64,000 nt of DNA from Candidatus Bathyarchaeota archaeon (GTDB taxonomy: Archaea; Thermoproteota; Bathyarchaeia; Bathyarchaeales; Bathycorpusculaceae), in assembly GCA_963772455.1 (NCBI GenBank), contig CAVYXJ010000007.1:288001-352000 (forward strand), given 5' to 3'. The translations under genes were made by a program, and so were the position numbers. The stretch's first letter is position 1. Every line of letters begins with the position of its first letter. The notes below the pieces were generated by a model. That model ran no database searches. It saw only the letters and a list, made by a program, of their open reading frames with translations, and had not been told where the DNA came from. Shown here one piece after another: positions 46,190 through 57,047 of the stretch.

Positions 46190-47331
46190 ATGAGATTATT
46201 GCTCTGCTGCTCCGAACTCGGATTAGGACACGTTTCACGAATCATTCCTTTAGGCAAACGGTTGGAGAAAAATGGTCATGAAATGTTCTTTTTCTCAGGC
46301 GGCAAAGCCTATGAGATGCTTCAAAAAGAATTCAAAAACGTTTACAAATGCACTCCTGTTTCATGGTATGAAAACGCACACGGCATAATCACTTCAGCAT
46401 CACTCCTAAACCTACTTGTTCCTCTCCCTCTCTTCAACATGGAGACAGAATAGGTTTGAACTAAAAAAATCCAATGCGATGGAAACCATCCATCGATACT
46501 ACGACTTAAGAGAAAAACTCCACGATATTGCACCCGACATACTTATCGCAGATGGGGACATAAACGCGCTTCGGCTTGCTCAAAGGTGGAAAATTCCTTC
46601 AATCTACATTGCTAACATGATAAGACCAAGCTATGGCTTCTCAGCTTTTCTTAGCCCAGGCGAACGCGTGGTTGAACGGTACATTAAACAATGCTCAAAA
46701 ATAATAATTCCAGATAACCCGCCACCCTTCACTGTGTCTGAGTACAGTATTGGCAACTTGGACCAGGTAGGACTGAAGGGAAATATCGAGTACGTGGGAG
46801 CATTCGTTGACACAACACTGGTCAGTGGTTCTCATGAACACGTTTTTGCTCCAATTAGCGGACCAGTTGGAACAAGAGCAAAGCTAACAAAAACAATCAT
46901 TCCAGTACTTCAAAAACTCAAAACAAAATGCATCATAAGTTTAGGAACTCCAGGAAAGAGAGTTTCAACTAAAATCGGTAATTGTGAACTCCACACTTGG
47001 CTTTCACCACAAGAAAGACAGGAAGCAATGAGAAACTCTAAATTCGTGATATTTAGCGGCGGCCATGCGACTTGCTTTGAAACCATTAAGTATGCTAAGC
47101 CAAGCATCTGCATTCCCACTCAACCTGAACAGTTGGGAAACGCAGCTAAACTTAAAGATCTAAACTGCTCTATCACCGTAAAAAACAAAAGCCAACTTGA
47201 AAAAGCAGTCAAGAAAATGGAAAAAGAAAAAGAAACCTATAACAAAAATGTGCAAGCTCTAAACCTTATTCTCGAATAAGTTCAAAGGTTTAGATAGGGC
47301 TGTTTCAATAGTTGAAACATTGCTGGACTAA
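46190..47331 (+). CDS. GT-B glycosyltransferase (GT28/MJ1255-like); two +1 frameshifts near 46446 and 47266
   Basis: GLGHVSR, GGH.T..E and QPEQ..NA motifs; C-terminus FSNKFKGLDRAVSIVE lies in a shifted frame. Confidence 0.8.
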
Positions 47332-47335
47332 CCGT

Positions 47336-47959
47336 TTATTTAGTAAGATTCAGACGTTTGACTTCGCCGTTAGGTGTTATTTCGTCAAAGACTATCGCCT
47401 TGAACTTGTAGATTTTTGCTTCTTTTGTTAGCCAGGTGTCTGGAGGCAAACCCGCCTTCATACAGCATTGACACAAAAATTCTTCTTCACCCCAGCTCAA
47501 TTCCACGGGTACCTGAGGCAAAAGTAATCCTTTGTAGGAACCTCTTTCGACAATTAAACCATCTTGACCAACTTTAATTTTGTTTAAGTATTCTTTAGGA
47601 TTCTTTACATCTACAAGTTCTGGTGGCGTTAACACGCTAACCTCGAAAACAACTTTGTCTAGTTCATCAGGTGTTAATGGTTCAAACCTGGGATCCTGTG
47701 TTGCAGCGTTTATGGCAGAATCGATCATTGCCTCAACAAGTGGACTTGTTGGGTAGGGGTAGCCGATACAACCTCGAAGCTCTTTCTCACCCATAACTGG
47801 GATGCTGATAGTTACAAAAACGCCGCAGCATTCAAAGAGTTTTTTTGGTGTATCTTTTGGCGGTTTTAGAACTTTGTTGGTTTTCAAATACTGTGTTACT
47901 GTTTTACGCGCTAATTGAATTAGAAACTTTCCTTCTTCCTGAGTTAATTCAAACGGCAT
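47336..47959 (-). CDS. AMMECR1/TIGR00296 family protein
   Basis: GVFVT, LRGCIG, DPRF, EVSVLTPP, GLLLPQV and KAGL motifs. Confidence 0.93.
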   Translation of the reverse strand: MPFELTQEEGKFLIQLARKTVTQYLKTNKVLKPPKDTPKKLFECCGVFVTISIPVMGEKELRGCIGYPYPTSPLVEAMIDSAINAATQDPRFEPLTPDELDKVVFEVSVLTPPELVDVKNPKEYLNKIKVGQDGLIVERGSYKGLLLPQVPVELSWGEEEFLCQCCMKAGLPPDTWLTKEAKIYKFKAIVFDEITPNGEVKRLNLTK

Positions 47960-48027
47960 AGTAATTTCCTTCTTAGGCGCTGCTCAACCTCTCAATAAAC
48001 TAAAAAATGTAAAGAAAAATGTTTTTT

Positions 48028-48729
48028 TTAAAACTTTATGGATTCTTCGGTGATGCCTTCCTTGGTTATAATAAGGAAGTCTATTCCATCGCCACTCATG
48101 GAATCTCTGCTAATAGCTGACTTTATTGAACGCGTCACGAGTTCTTTTGCTTCTTGTGCCGTCATTGTTTCATTATAACCTTCTTCAAGAACACCCATGG
48201 CGGTTTCAGTTCCTGAACCCACAACCGCATATTTGTCTGGAATTAAAGAACCTAAAACATCAAGTACATAGAGTGATGAGCCTTCTTCATCTAATCCGCC
48301 TACAATTGTTTGAGTAAACAAGGGTGAGTAACGACGATTGAAAAGTACGTTGGCTAAAAGTTTTGCCGATGAACGCACACTAATTTGTCTTCCGACATCC
48401 ATGCTAAAGAGGCTGGCTTGTGCCTGCATTTCTTTGGCGAGGATCTGCATATCTCCAACTAATCCTGCACAAGCAACACCGATACGATCGGTTACTTTAA
48501 AGACTTTTTTGCCACCTTTGCTCATGATGAAGTTGCCGTAAGTGACTCTTTTTTCAGAAGCTAAAATTACTCCTCCTGCGAAGATTGCACCTACTGTAGT
48601 GGCACCAGGCATCCATCCGCCGCCTTGCTGAGCTTGTTGACCTTGGTTTTGCTGCTGTTGGTCTTGCGGCATCAGTTGGATTTGGGGAATATTCGGTAAC
48701 CCTGGTAATTGTGATCCATAACCTTCCAT
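48028..48729 (-). CDS. psmB: Proteasome beta subunit, probably non-catalytic (G-ATT), with a Gln-rich N-terminus
   Basis: PGATTVG, ASEKR, AGLVGD, GSG and RDSMSGDG motifs. Confidence 0.93.
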   Translation of the reverse strand: MEGYGSQLPGLPNIPQIQLMPQDQQQQNQGQQAQQGGGWMPGATTVGAIFAGGVILASEKRVTYGNFIMSKGGKKVFKVTDRIGVACAGLVGDMQILAKEMQAQASLFSMDVGRQISVRSSAKLLANVLFNRRYSPLFTQTIVGGLDEEGSSLYVLDVLGSLIPDKYAVVGSGTETAMGVLEEGYNETMTAQEAKELVTRSIKSAISRDSMSGDGIDFLIITKEGITEESIKF

Positions 48730-48810
48730 AATTTTCGCCTTTTCTTGATATACACAAGACAAATTATTAAGGTTACTTATAACCATTATAGAATATCGAA
48801 GTGACCCGAT

Positions 48811-48981
48811 ATGGGGGAGTCTAAACCGTTAAGGTGCCATAAATGTGGCAAATCCATTGGTTATATCGAAGTTACAAGTAAAAGTTTTATTGCACCCAAA
48901 TCATCGTTTGACAACGTGAAGTTGGTTGCAACATGCATAGATTGTTCCAACAAAAATACCTTTTACCGCAATAACTTTTAA
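48811..48981 (+). CDS. 56-aa Zn-finger microprotein (absent from the ORF track)
   Basis: MGESKPLRCHKCGKSIGYI...ATCIDCSNK; fills the psmB-ogt gap. Confidence 0.65.
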   Translation: MGESKPLRCHKCGKSIGYIEVTSKSFIAPKSSFDNVKLVATCIDCSNKNTFYRNNF

Positions 48982-49017
48982 CATTCACCATTTACCATCA
49001 AAAGAAAGGCAAACTCA

Positions 49018-49602
49018 ATGATAGAAATCTACGCGCAAAATATCGAGCACACATGGTTTGCAATCGCCTTGAACAAGCAACAAATCATCACCACTTCTTT
49101 TGGCGCAGACTATCAAACAACCCTAAAAAACGTTTTAAGTAACGTGCCCTTCAACATGGCTTTTCAGGTTTTTCACGAACCAGTACCTTCCGTCAAAAAT
49201 ATCTTCACGACTTTGAAAAAAATTTATGATGGAAAAAAATTTGACGCAAACCTTTCTTTAGCAATATCTCATTTACCACCTTACACCAAAAAAGTCCTTA
49301 AAACAACCGAAGCAATTCCAATTGGATACGTGACTTCTTATGGAGCTATCGCCAAAGCTGCTGGAGGAGGCCCAAGAGCAGTAGGAAACATTATGGCATC
49401 TAATCCTTTCGCACCCCTTGTTCCCTGCCATAGGGTTGTTAGATCTAACTTTGCCTTGGGCGGCTACGGTCTTGGTTTAGAAAATAAGATACAATTATTA
49501 TCCAGAGAAAAACGTGGATTTTCTTCCTCGAAAATAATTGAAATAAATGATAAGCTACTTACGGTTTTTCCCGTTGAGTATGTTCTCAAAAATTTTGTTT
49601 AA
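49018..49602 (+). CDS. ogt: Methylated-DNA--protein-cysteine methyltransferase
   Basis: IP.G.V.SYG, RAVG, PCHRV and GGY motifs. Confidence 0.95.
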   Translation: MIEIYAQNIEHTWFAIALNKQQIITTSFGADYQTTLKNVLSNVPFNMAFQVFHEPVPSVKNIFTTLKKIYDGKKFDANLSLAISHLPPYTKKVLKTTEAIPIGYVTSYGAIAKAAGGGPRAVGNIMASNPFAPLVPCHRVVRSNFALGGYGLGLENKIQLLSREKRGFSSSKIIEINDKLLTVFPVEYVLKNFV

Positions 49603-49649
49603 ACGATTTTACGCAAATCATAAATTCATGCGAACCCCACTCAAAGCAA

Positions 49650-50186
49650 GTGAGCACCATGGTTAACCGAGGTCTCTATGTTGGAAGATTTCAGCCTTTT
49701 CATTTAGGACACCTAGACGCCATAAAATATGCCTTAAAACAAGTTGATGAATTGGTTATTGTAATCGGGAGCGCCCAATATAGTCACAATGCCAAAAACC
49801 CCTTTACGGCAGGCGAAAGGCTGGTTATGGTTCGAAAAGCACTATTAGAGGCCGGAGTTGATTACTCTAAATTATGGGTTGTACCGGTACCAGACGTTCA
49901 CCTTCATATGCTTTGGGTCAGCGCTGTTTTAGGATATACACCAAAATTTAATGTATTGATTTCTAATGAGCCCTTAACAAAAAGGCTTTTTATGGAAGCT
50001 GGATACGAAGTCAAAACCATTCCCTTATTTGAGAGAAAACTCTACATGTCAACAATTGTGCGCGAAAAAATGCTTAAAGACGATAGTTGGATTGAGTTGG
50101 TTCCTAAAAGCGTGGCTGACTTCATTTTGGAGATAGATGGTGTTAACAGGCTCAGGGATCTGACCCGAACAGATAGAGTATGCTAA
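49650..50186 (+). CDS. nadM: Nicotinamide-nucleotide adenylyltransferase
   Basis: GRFQPFHLGH, GSAQYSH and NPFTAGER motifs. Confidence 0.95.
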   Translation: MSTMVNRGLYVGRFQPFHLGHLDAIKYALKQVDELVIVIGSAQYSHNAKNPFTAGERLVMVRKALLEAGVDYSKLWVVPVPDVHLHMLWVSAVLGYTPKFNVLISNEPLTKRLFMEAGYEVKTIPLFERKLYMSTIVREKMLKDDSWIELVPKSVADFILEIDGVNRLRDLTRTDRVC

Positions 50187-50749
50187 ACAACCATCTTTTC
50201 CGTTGAAGCCTTATGGTAGAAATTCCAAGCTAAAATGTAAACAATTACTAAAACAATCACTTGTACAAAGACCCCGAGTATGTTTGTTGAGAAAGCAAAA
50301 AAGTTGTTCGTGGCATGAAGAGACACCGCAATCAAGAAGTATGGCAGAGGATTTTTCTTTGAAATTCCATAAGCGGTTATAGTTGCACTTGATGCATGAA
50401 AAATAAGGTGCGGTATACTGCCAATAACGGGTGCACCTAATAAGAAAACATATTCTACGAACTCTGCAGCGCCAAAACCTAATCCGATTAACAGACCCAG
50501 AGTAACAATCGACCGTTCAGTTTCCCCGTGCCTATAAAACAAAGGAAAAACTTTAGCAATTTCCTCGATGGGAGGTGCAAAAACAACAAGGAGTAAAGCT
50601 GCAGAAAACCCTCCTGTCGGAACAAATGATTCGAAGAAAGTCGCAAAGGGAATACTTACCAAAACTCCGGAAGCAAAAAAGAAAATTAGTTCTTTTCGAT
50701 TTGGTTTATGAATAGGAATAACGCATTGATGTGGAGTTTCAGTTTCCAT
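50183..50749 (-). CDS. PrsW family intramembrane protease
   Basis: APPIEEIAK, GLGFG..E and H...N motifs. Confidence 0.85.
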   Translation of the reverse strand: METETPHQCVIPIHKPNRKELIFFFASGVLVSIPFATFFESFVPTGGFSAALLLVVFAPPIEEIAKVFPLFYRHGETERSIVTLGLLIGLGFGAAEFVEYVFLLGAPVIGSIPHLIFHASSATITAYGISKKNPLPYFLIAVSLHATNNFFAFSTNILGVFVQVIVLVIVYILAWNFYHKASTEKMVV

Positions 50750-50814
50750 AAAAGAAGCTTCCTAACAAATAATGAATTAATCACTAGTTTATAAAATGTC
50801 TTTTCGATAACTCG

Positions 50815-52188
50815 TTAAAAACCAGCAGTTATCAAGTCGGAAGGCTTCATTATTTCCCTTAAAATAACTGTGGCGTAAGATCCTCTAAGTAACATAAAAC
50901 TAACCTTTGCCTGAACTCCCTCGCCGGCGGCATTCGACGAAATGCTTTGCAGTCTAAAGTCTCGAATTGGAGCGAGAGCCGCTCTCAAACCACCTTTTCC
51001 TCCTGTCTGTGATAGCACGTTTAAAGGTAGATGGGTAGTTCCTATACCTTCTTGCTCCAAAACATCATGCTCAATTTGCCCCATTACCCCCTTGGAGAGC
51101 TTTTGTTTTACCCCAAAAATGGGAAGAGCCAAACGCAATCTTCCAGCTTTAATTTGAGTGTTAACTTCAGATAGGTTTTCAGTGTCTGCAATTTTCGCAA
51201 CAGAAGTCAGAGGTAATCCAGAACGTTCAACGCCAACAACGTAATCCCCCTCTAAGGCTTCATTCAAAGGCAAATCATGCTTCAGTCGTTCACTTAGAAA
51301 ACGATTGAACAAGTAGGATTGGTGTGCTTGAACAAAAAGCGCTTGAAGCTTTATAGGCAAACATTGAAAAGCCCCAACGAAATCATCAGGCTTATCTGCC
51401 AAATAATTAAGCATTATTCGTTCAAAACGCAATTGTTTTGGGAAATTCTCTTTTGCATGCTTAAAATTTTTTGTTGTCTCCAATTCTTGTCGAGCTTGTC
51501 TTGAAATGGGATGTTCATAAACACTGGGTTTAGCCAGAAAAAGCATCGCCGCCTGCTCAAAATCGCCTTTAATTAGTGCTTTTCCAACCAAATGCGTGAT
51601 AGGGCGAGTTGTTCCGAAGCGTTGATGCCCAAAAAAATTTGGTGCCCCGCCGAAGTCTTCTATTTCTTTTATTATTTTCGTCATATTTTCTTTAACAGAA
51701 GCTTCTGAACCATTGATTGCTTTGATCGTTATGGTGAAATTATTGCCTAAAAGATAGAAAAGTGACAACATATTACGAACATAACCGATAGGGTGAACCG
51801 AAATTTCCTTAATGTCAATTTTTCCTGCATCTTCCATCGAAATGTTTTCTAAAGTAATATGTTGTGCAGTAACTGCTTTTGCGTCCTTGATTCCGGCAAA
51901 CTGAACTCTGGCTTGATCAATCTCTAAGACCTTCGCAATATTCTTCACCGTAATGAATGTATCCCAGTTCCGCTTAACCAAAACGCACAGCAAAAAACGT
52001 TGTTTTTGAAGTGACGAACCTAACACTCTACTTGGAACTTCTCCATTAATACTTGCTTTGGAACCATCCACAAGAACCTCTTCAACCACAAAATCATCAA
52101 CGGACTCCCGAATGACACCCCCAACGCCTTCACTTATGCTGGCATACACATCTATTCCAAGCAACTTTTCAATTTCGGAAATCTGCAA
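50815..52188 (-). CDS. truD: tRNA pseudouridine(13) synthase TruD
   Basis: DFVVEE, AGIKDAKAVTAQ, GNNFTI, PNFFGHQRFG and GSYAT motifs. Confidence 0.95.
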   Translation of the reverse strand: MQISEIEKLLGIDVYASISEGVGGVIRESVDDFVVEEVLVDGSKASINGEVPSRVLGSSLQKQRFLLCVLVKRNWDTFITVKNIAKVLEIDQARVQFAGIKDAKAVTAQHITLENISMEDAGKIDIKEISVHPIGYVRNMLSLFYLLGNNFTITIKAINGSEASVKENMTKIIKEIEDFGGAPNFFGHQRFGTTRPITHLVGKALIKGDFEQAAMLFLAKPSVYEHPISRQARQELETTKNFKHAKENFPKQLRFERIMLNYLADKPDDFVGAFQCLPIKLQALFVQAHQSYLFNRFLSERLKHDLPLNEALEGDYVVGVERSGLPLTSVAKIADTENLSEVNTQIKAGRLRLALPIFGVKQKLSKGVMGQIEHDVLEQEGIGTTHLPLNVLSQTGGKGGLRAALAPIRDFRLQSISSNAAGEGVQAKVSFMLLRGSYATVILREIMKPSDLITAGF

Positions 52189-52197
52189 AAAATCGCC

Positions 52198-52560
52198 TTA
52201 TAACAACTTTAATTTGCCCGTTAACCGATCAATCATTCCCGATGGAGCAGGACCAATACCCAAACAAGTTATTGTCCCTTCAGGAACCTCAGTTAAACCT
52301 CTATCAACAATGAGAGCATGAGGCAAACCTAACTGGTCTGCACCTTCTTCAAGTTCACCAAGTTCTTTTTCATCCGCAACTTTAACTGCAACTTTTTTTT
52401 GTCCCTCAAACATCCATGCCTCCCACCATTTCTTGTGGTGTGTATAGGCATCTTGAGCAGAAGAAACCGCTGCGTGCCCAGCTTGAGCTGCAATCTTACC
52501 TTTACTCATTTGCAAATCTGTCCGAAACACGAGAACTTGCTTGTATTCAAATGCGCTCAT
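52198..52560 (-). CDS. pth2: Peptidyl-tRNA hydrolase Pth2
   Basis: RTDLQMSKGKIAAQAGHA, D.GLTE and GIGP motifs. Confidence 0.97.
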   Translation of the reverse strand: MSAFEYKQVLVFRTDLQMSKGKIAAQAGHAAVSSAQDAYTHHKKWWEAWMFEGQKKVAVKVADEKELGELEEGADQLGLPHALIVDRGLTEVPEGTITCLGIGPAPSGMIDRLTGKLKLL

Positions 52561-52592
52561 TTTATCCCGCTTATAGGTTAATAATCGAGATT

Positions 52593-53831
52593 TTAAGGGT
52601 TTGCAGATAAGTAAAGCAATCCAAAGTAAGTCAAAGCCGCCAACATTGAAGGTTTTCTAACAGCAGTCAAAAGCATTTTGCCTTGGAAATCAATTTCATC
52701 AACATCCCGTAATGCCTTGTCTAAGCCTAACTTTCCACAGACCCGAAGCATTTCATCAAGCCGCTCATCTGAGAGAGAATCTAGAAATCGCCTTATTCTA
52801 AGCATGACAAGGAAATCGAATTTTAGCAGTTTATTACAACGTTTCTGATACGTTTGCAGAAAAGTCGATGATAAATCATCTCGAGCTATTGCTTGACTCG
52901 CGACTTCTGCGGCAACATTGGCAGCTGTTAACCCAAAGATTACTCCGCCGCCTGTTGTTGGTTTAACTTGTGAAGCGCAATCGCCGACAGCTAAGAAACC
53001 ATCAGCATAAGACGTGGTGATGGGTCCGCCTAGAGTAATGGCATGATAGCCTGTCTGTGTTATTTTGGCTTTGCTTAGCTGTTTAGAAGCAACGGGATGC
53101 TTAACCATGAGCCTTTTAAGAAACTGGCGTGGATCGCCATGGTTTGTTGCTAAACCCACTTTGGCTGATCCATCTCGTCTTGGAATTAGCCAACCGTAAA
53201 AGCCTGGAGCATAAGCTTTGCCAAAATATACCTCAACCGCTTCAAGGTCAACATCTTGCACTCTATCAACCTCGACTTCAACTGCATAAACAAGCCCTTT
53301 GGATTTTAGTGCTTTTAATCCGGCTTGTTTTAAAAGTCTTGAGGACACACCTTCAGCATCCAACACGATTTTAGAATGGACTTTCTCCTCAGAGCCATCT
53401 GCTTGCCTAATTTTTATGCCTTTAACGCAGCCATTCATCAACAGTAATGATTGTACATGAGAACCTAAAACTAAGCTTGCTCCAGCATTTTGAGCTTGAT
53501 TAGCAAGAAATTGATCAAACCGAGCCCGATTCAAAGCTAATGTAACTGGACAAGAAAGTTTAACTGAGAACTTGGAACCAAGCGGCGAATGAAAGTTGGC
53601 AGCGCAAAAAGTGTTCTCAACTATGCCTTTTGGAAGCGGATAAAGACCCATGCTTCTTAAGCTTTTGATACTAATGTGACCTGCACAATGAGAAGGAAAA
53701 CCAATTGTTGAGTGTTCTTCAAAAACCGTGGTTTTCACACCAAGTTTAGCCAAGTTTAAAGCCGCGTATGAACCAACTGGACCTCCTCCTACAATTATCG
53801 CATCTGAAGGTTGAATTGTATGTGCCATCAT
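52593..53831 (-). CDS. Geranylgeranyl reductase family flavoprotein
   Basis: GGGPVG, CAG, R..FD, YGWLIP and GD.A...KPTTGGG motifs. Confidence 0.9.
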   Translation of the reverse strand: MMAHTIQPSDAIIVGGGPVGSYAALNLAKLGVKTTVFEEHSTIGFPSHCAGHISIKSLRSMGLYPLPKGIVENTFCAANFHSPLGSKFSVKLSCPVTLALNRARFDQFLANQAQNAGASLVLGSHVQSLLLMNGCVKGIKIRQADGSEEKVHSKIVLDAEGVSSRLLKQAGLKALKSKGLVYAVEVEVDRVQDVDLEAVEVYFGKAYAPGFYGWLIPRRDGSAKVGLATNHGDPRQFLKRLMVKHPVASKQLSKAKITQTGYHAITLGGPITTSYADGFLAVGDCASQVKPTTGGGVIFGLTAANVAAEVASQAIARDDLSSTFLQTYQKRCNKLLKFDFLVMLRIRRFLDSLSDERLDEMLRVCGKLGLDKALRDVDEIDFQGKMLLTAVRKPSMLAALTYFGLLYLSANP

Positions 53832-53942
53832 CGTAAGTTATTGGATTTTTCTTTTATATAAGGGGAGAGGAATCACACCAGGAGTCTATCTTTTCAGAGG
53901 GATTTATTACCCTAAATAAGTCAGATAAATAAAAATAAGTTT

Positions 53943-53967
53943 AAAAAACCTTGATTTATTTCAAGGT
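53943..53967 (-). terminator. Hairpin plus U-tract after the cdc48 operon
   Basis: ACCTTGA (53948-53954)/TCAAGGT (53961-53967) stem followed by a T-run on the minus strand. Confidence 0.4.
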
Positions 53968-54008
53968 AAATAAAACAAGAGAGTTTAATTTCTTGGAAGG
54001 CAGGCAGA

Positions 54009-54245
54009 CTATCGTGGTTGAACTAATTCTATTCGGCGTTTACCCCTTGACATTGATGAAGTGCGAATTCTGCCGCTTACCTCAAGTTTTAGCAATAGCT
54101 CATTGAAGTCTTTGAAACCTAAATCTTCATACTCGTCTTTTAGCTGCTCAAAGAGGTCGTCGTCAGTTAAGTCGCCTTTCTTAGTCAGAACTTCTAGAAG
54201 ATAGAAGTAGGCTGGGCGTGTTTTCCAAGTTTTTATTTGCGGCAT
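54009..54245 (-). CDS. Small winged-helix-like protein downstream of cdc48
   Basis: 78 aa; D.DL...L...FN..L.KLE..G.I pattern. Confidence 0.7.
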   Translation of the reverse strand: MPQIKTWKTRPAYFYLLEVLTKKGDLTDDDLFEQLKDEYEDLGFKDFNELLLKLEVSGRIRTSSMSRGKRRIELVQPR

Positions 54246-54257
54246 AATTGTTCCTTC

Positions 54258-56430
54258 TTATGCAATTGGGGTTTGTGGCTTTTGTACTTGTCGAATTTGC
54301 TGCATGAAGCTCTTGTACCATTTTTCCATGTCAGGTGTTATTGAGGGACCCATTTCTTTCAGTGCTTCTGTGAAATCTTTCATGGTGACTTCAGTTGAGT
54401 TTATGTCTCTTCGTAAAGCGTGCATTGCGGCTTCTCGGCAGAGTGACTCTATGTCTGCTCCAGAATAGTATTTAGTGGCAGTTGTAAGTTGATTTAAGTC
54501 GATATCTTTACAGATTGGCATTCCTTTAGTGTAAATTTTGAAGATTTGCATTCGGCTTTTCTCGTCTGGTTCAGGTACATAGATTAAGCGGTCAAAGCGT
54601 CCTGGACGCATCACAGCAGAGTCAACCATGTCGGGTCGGTTAGTAGCAGCAACAACAACTATGTCCTGCAAAGTTGTAATTCCATCCATTTCTGTTAGCA
54701 GTTGGCTTATAACGCGTTCTGAAACACCGCTGTCAGACATACCCATGCCTCGTTTAGGAGTGAGAGAGTCAATTTCGTCAAGAAATACAACTGCAGGCGC
54801 GGCCATGCGGGCTTTTCGGAAGACTTCACGGATAGCTTTCTCCGATTCTCCAACCCATTTGCTAAATACTTCTGGTCCTTTAATGGATATGAAGTTGGCT
54901 TCGCTTTCAGTTGCTACAGCGCGTGCAAGTAATGTTTTGCCGCAACCAGGTGGACCATAAAGCAATATGCCCTTAGGAGGTCGTATTCCAAGTTTTGTGA
55001 ATATTTCTGGACTCTTTATGGGCCATTCAACAGCTTCTTTGAGACGTTGTTTTACGTCCTCAAGTCCGCCGGCATCGTCCCAGTGAACTGTAGTGACTTC
55101 GATGTAAACTTCTCTCATTGCAGTTGGAGTAACTTCTTTGTATGCACCAAGGAAATCTTCCATTGTAACTTCCATTTTCTCTAAGGACAGCGGGTGGAAT
55201 TCGTTCTTCTTCGAGGTTGATTTGGGGTAAATAGCGTCTTAACGCTTTCATTGCGGTTTCTCTTCCCAGTGCTGATAAGTCGGCGCCTGTGTATCCGTGA
55301 GTCATGGCTGAGAGTCTAAGAAGGTCTACGTCTTCTGCAAGTGGCATTCCACGCGTGTGGATTTGAAGAACTTCGTAACGGCCTTTCTTGTCTGGAACTC
55401 CAATTTCTATTTCTCTATCGAAGCGTCCTGGTCGACGCAAAGCTGGATCAAGTGCGCCGGGACGGTTAGTAGCACCTATAACAATAACGTTTCCTCTGCC
55501 AGACAAACCGTCCATTAATGCAAGAAGTTGAGCCACAACACGCCTTTCTACTTCACCTGTGACTTCTTCACGTTTAGGCGCTATAGCGTCTAGTTCATCG
55601 ACAAATATTATACTTGGTGCGTTTTGCTGAGCTTGTTGGAAAATCTCTCGAAGTCGTGCTTCAGATTCCCCATAAAATTTACTCATAATTTCGGGACCGT
55701 TAATGGAGTAGAAGTTGGCTTCTGATTCGTTAGCAACTGCACGCGCCAAGAGGGTTTTGCCGCAACCAGGTGGACCATGGAGCAATACACCTTTTGGAGG
55801 TTCAATGCCCAGGCGCTGGAAAAGTTCTGGATGACGAAGAGGCAACTCAACCATTTCTCGGACACGTTGCATTTCTGTTTGCAATCCTCCGATGTCTTCG
55901 TAATTTGTTCTAGGCAGACCTTTACCTTCGGGTGCTGGCTCGTTGAGAATGGTTAGTCGTGATTCGGCAGTTACTTTTATGATGCCATGCGGTCTGGTTT
56001 TTGAGACCATGAATGGGATAGCGTGACCAAGCATCATTACTAGGGTGGTGTCGCCTTCGACCAAAGTGCGCTCCATCAGTCGATTTTTAACGAAGTTCGT
56101 GAAGTCCTCATCTACATTTAGACGCATATCCACAGGTGCAAGTGTCATAGCAAGGGCGGTTTTGACTTTAGCAGGGCGTATAACCACATACTCGTTTATG
56201 GCAACACCGCTGTTTTTACGGGTGAAGCCGTCAATTCGTATTATGTCGCGGTTTTGGTCCTCGCTGTATGCAGGCCAAGCGATTGCTGAGGTTGTACGTT
56301 TGTTAACAATTTCGATTACGTCTCCAGCACTAATACCTAGCTTCTGCATGGTTCGTTGGTCAATTCTGGCGATTCCTCTACCAACATCTCTTTGCCGGGC
56401 GTCTCCAACGCGTAGTTGTACTTCACTCAT
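54258..56430 (-). CDS. cdc48: Cdc48/VAT AAA+ ATPase (split by a +1 frameshift near 55183)
   Basis: N-domain [10 protein letters not shown]; two GPPGCGKT Walker A motifs and RPGRFDR; the halves join as PPAVL|EKMEVT. Confidence 0.95.
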
Positions 56431-56575
56431 ATAAAATTCTCCTAAATGATTTTGATTCTAGTTTAGGGATATGGGTTTGAAAAAGCGGTTATCCCTATAT
56501 AAACTTTGAAGTGTAAGCGTAAAGACGTTCTATTCTTGTTAAGGATATGAATTATAGGTTTTAGGATTATAGTTT

Positions 56576-56854
56576 TTAATCGCGGCTTGTTCGGCGTATT
56601 TGAAAGGTTTGTGCTTGGCTTACACCTGGAATTTTTGCTAATTTTTCTTCAAATTCATCTACTAGACCTGATTTGTCTTCAGGGTATTTTATTTGAACAA
56701 GAAGTGCGATGAGCCCAAAAGCCACGGGTTCTTCACCATATCCTTCAATTGATGCAAATTCGGGTAGAACCCCTTTGATTTTTGCTTTGAGGTCATCAAA
56801 ACTTGGAACTATGTCTTCTGGAAAAACCTTGTATGTAACTAATACGCTACCCAT
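56576..56854 (-). CDS. ef1b: Elongation factor 1-beta
   Basis: MGSVLVTYKVFPE...EEPVAFGL. Confidence 0.93.
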   Translation of the reverse strand: MGSVLVTYKVFPEDIVPSFDDLKAKIKGVLPEFASIEGYGEEPVAFGLIALLVQIKYPEDKSGLVDEFEEKLAKIPGVSQAQTFQIRRTSRD

Positions 56855-56867
56855 GAAAATACGCCTT

Positions 56868-57047
56868 TTATGGTCCGCTAAAGCCACATTTTGGGCATTT
56901 ATAAAGTCGGCCAAATTTACGGCATTTTCCGTCTCGTTTAATTTGGATTTCACCGCAGTTTGGGCAAAGGAATTTTGTAGATTCGCTACCAGGCGGGATT
57001 GGTTTTCCGCAGCTTGTGCATGTTACGAGGGATAATTTTTCTGACAT
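56868..57047 (-). CDS. HVO_2753/DUF1610 zinc-finger protein
   Basis: CTSCG...FLCPNCG...CRK...YKCPKCGFSGP; conserved position upstream of ef1b. Confidence 0.92.
   Translation of the reverse strand: MSEKLSLVTCTSCGKPIPPGSESTKFLCPNCGEIQIKRDGKCRKFGRLYKCPKCGFSGP

Noticed and set aside
55060-55200. Naturally split Cdc48 or a programmed frameshift
   Set aside because: Removing a single base restores a normal ~723-aa protein; same +1 pattern as the other probable sequencing errors
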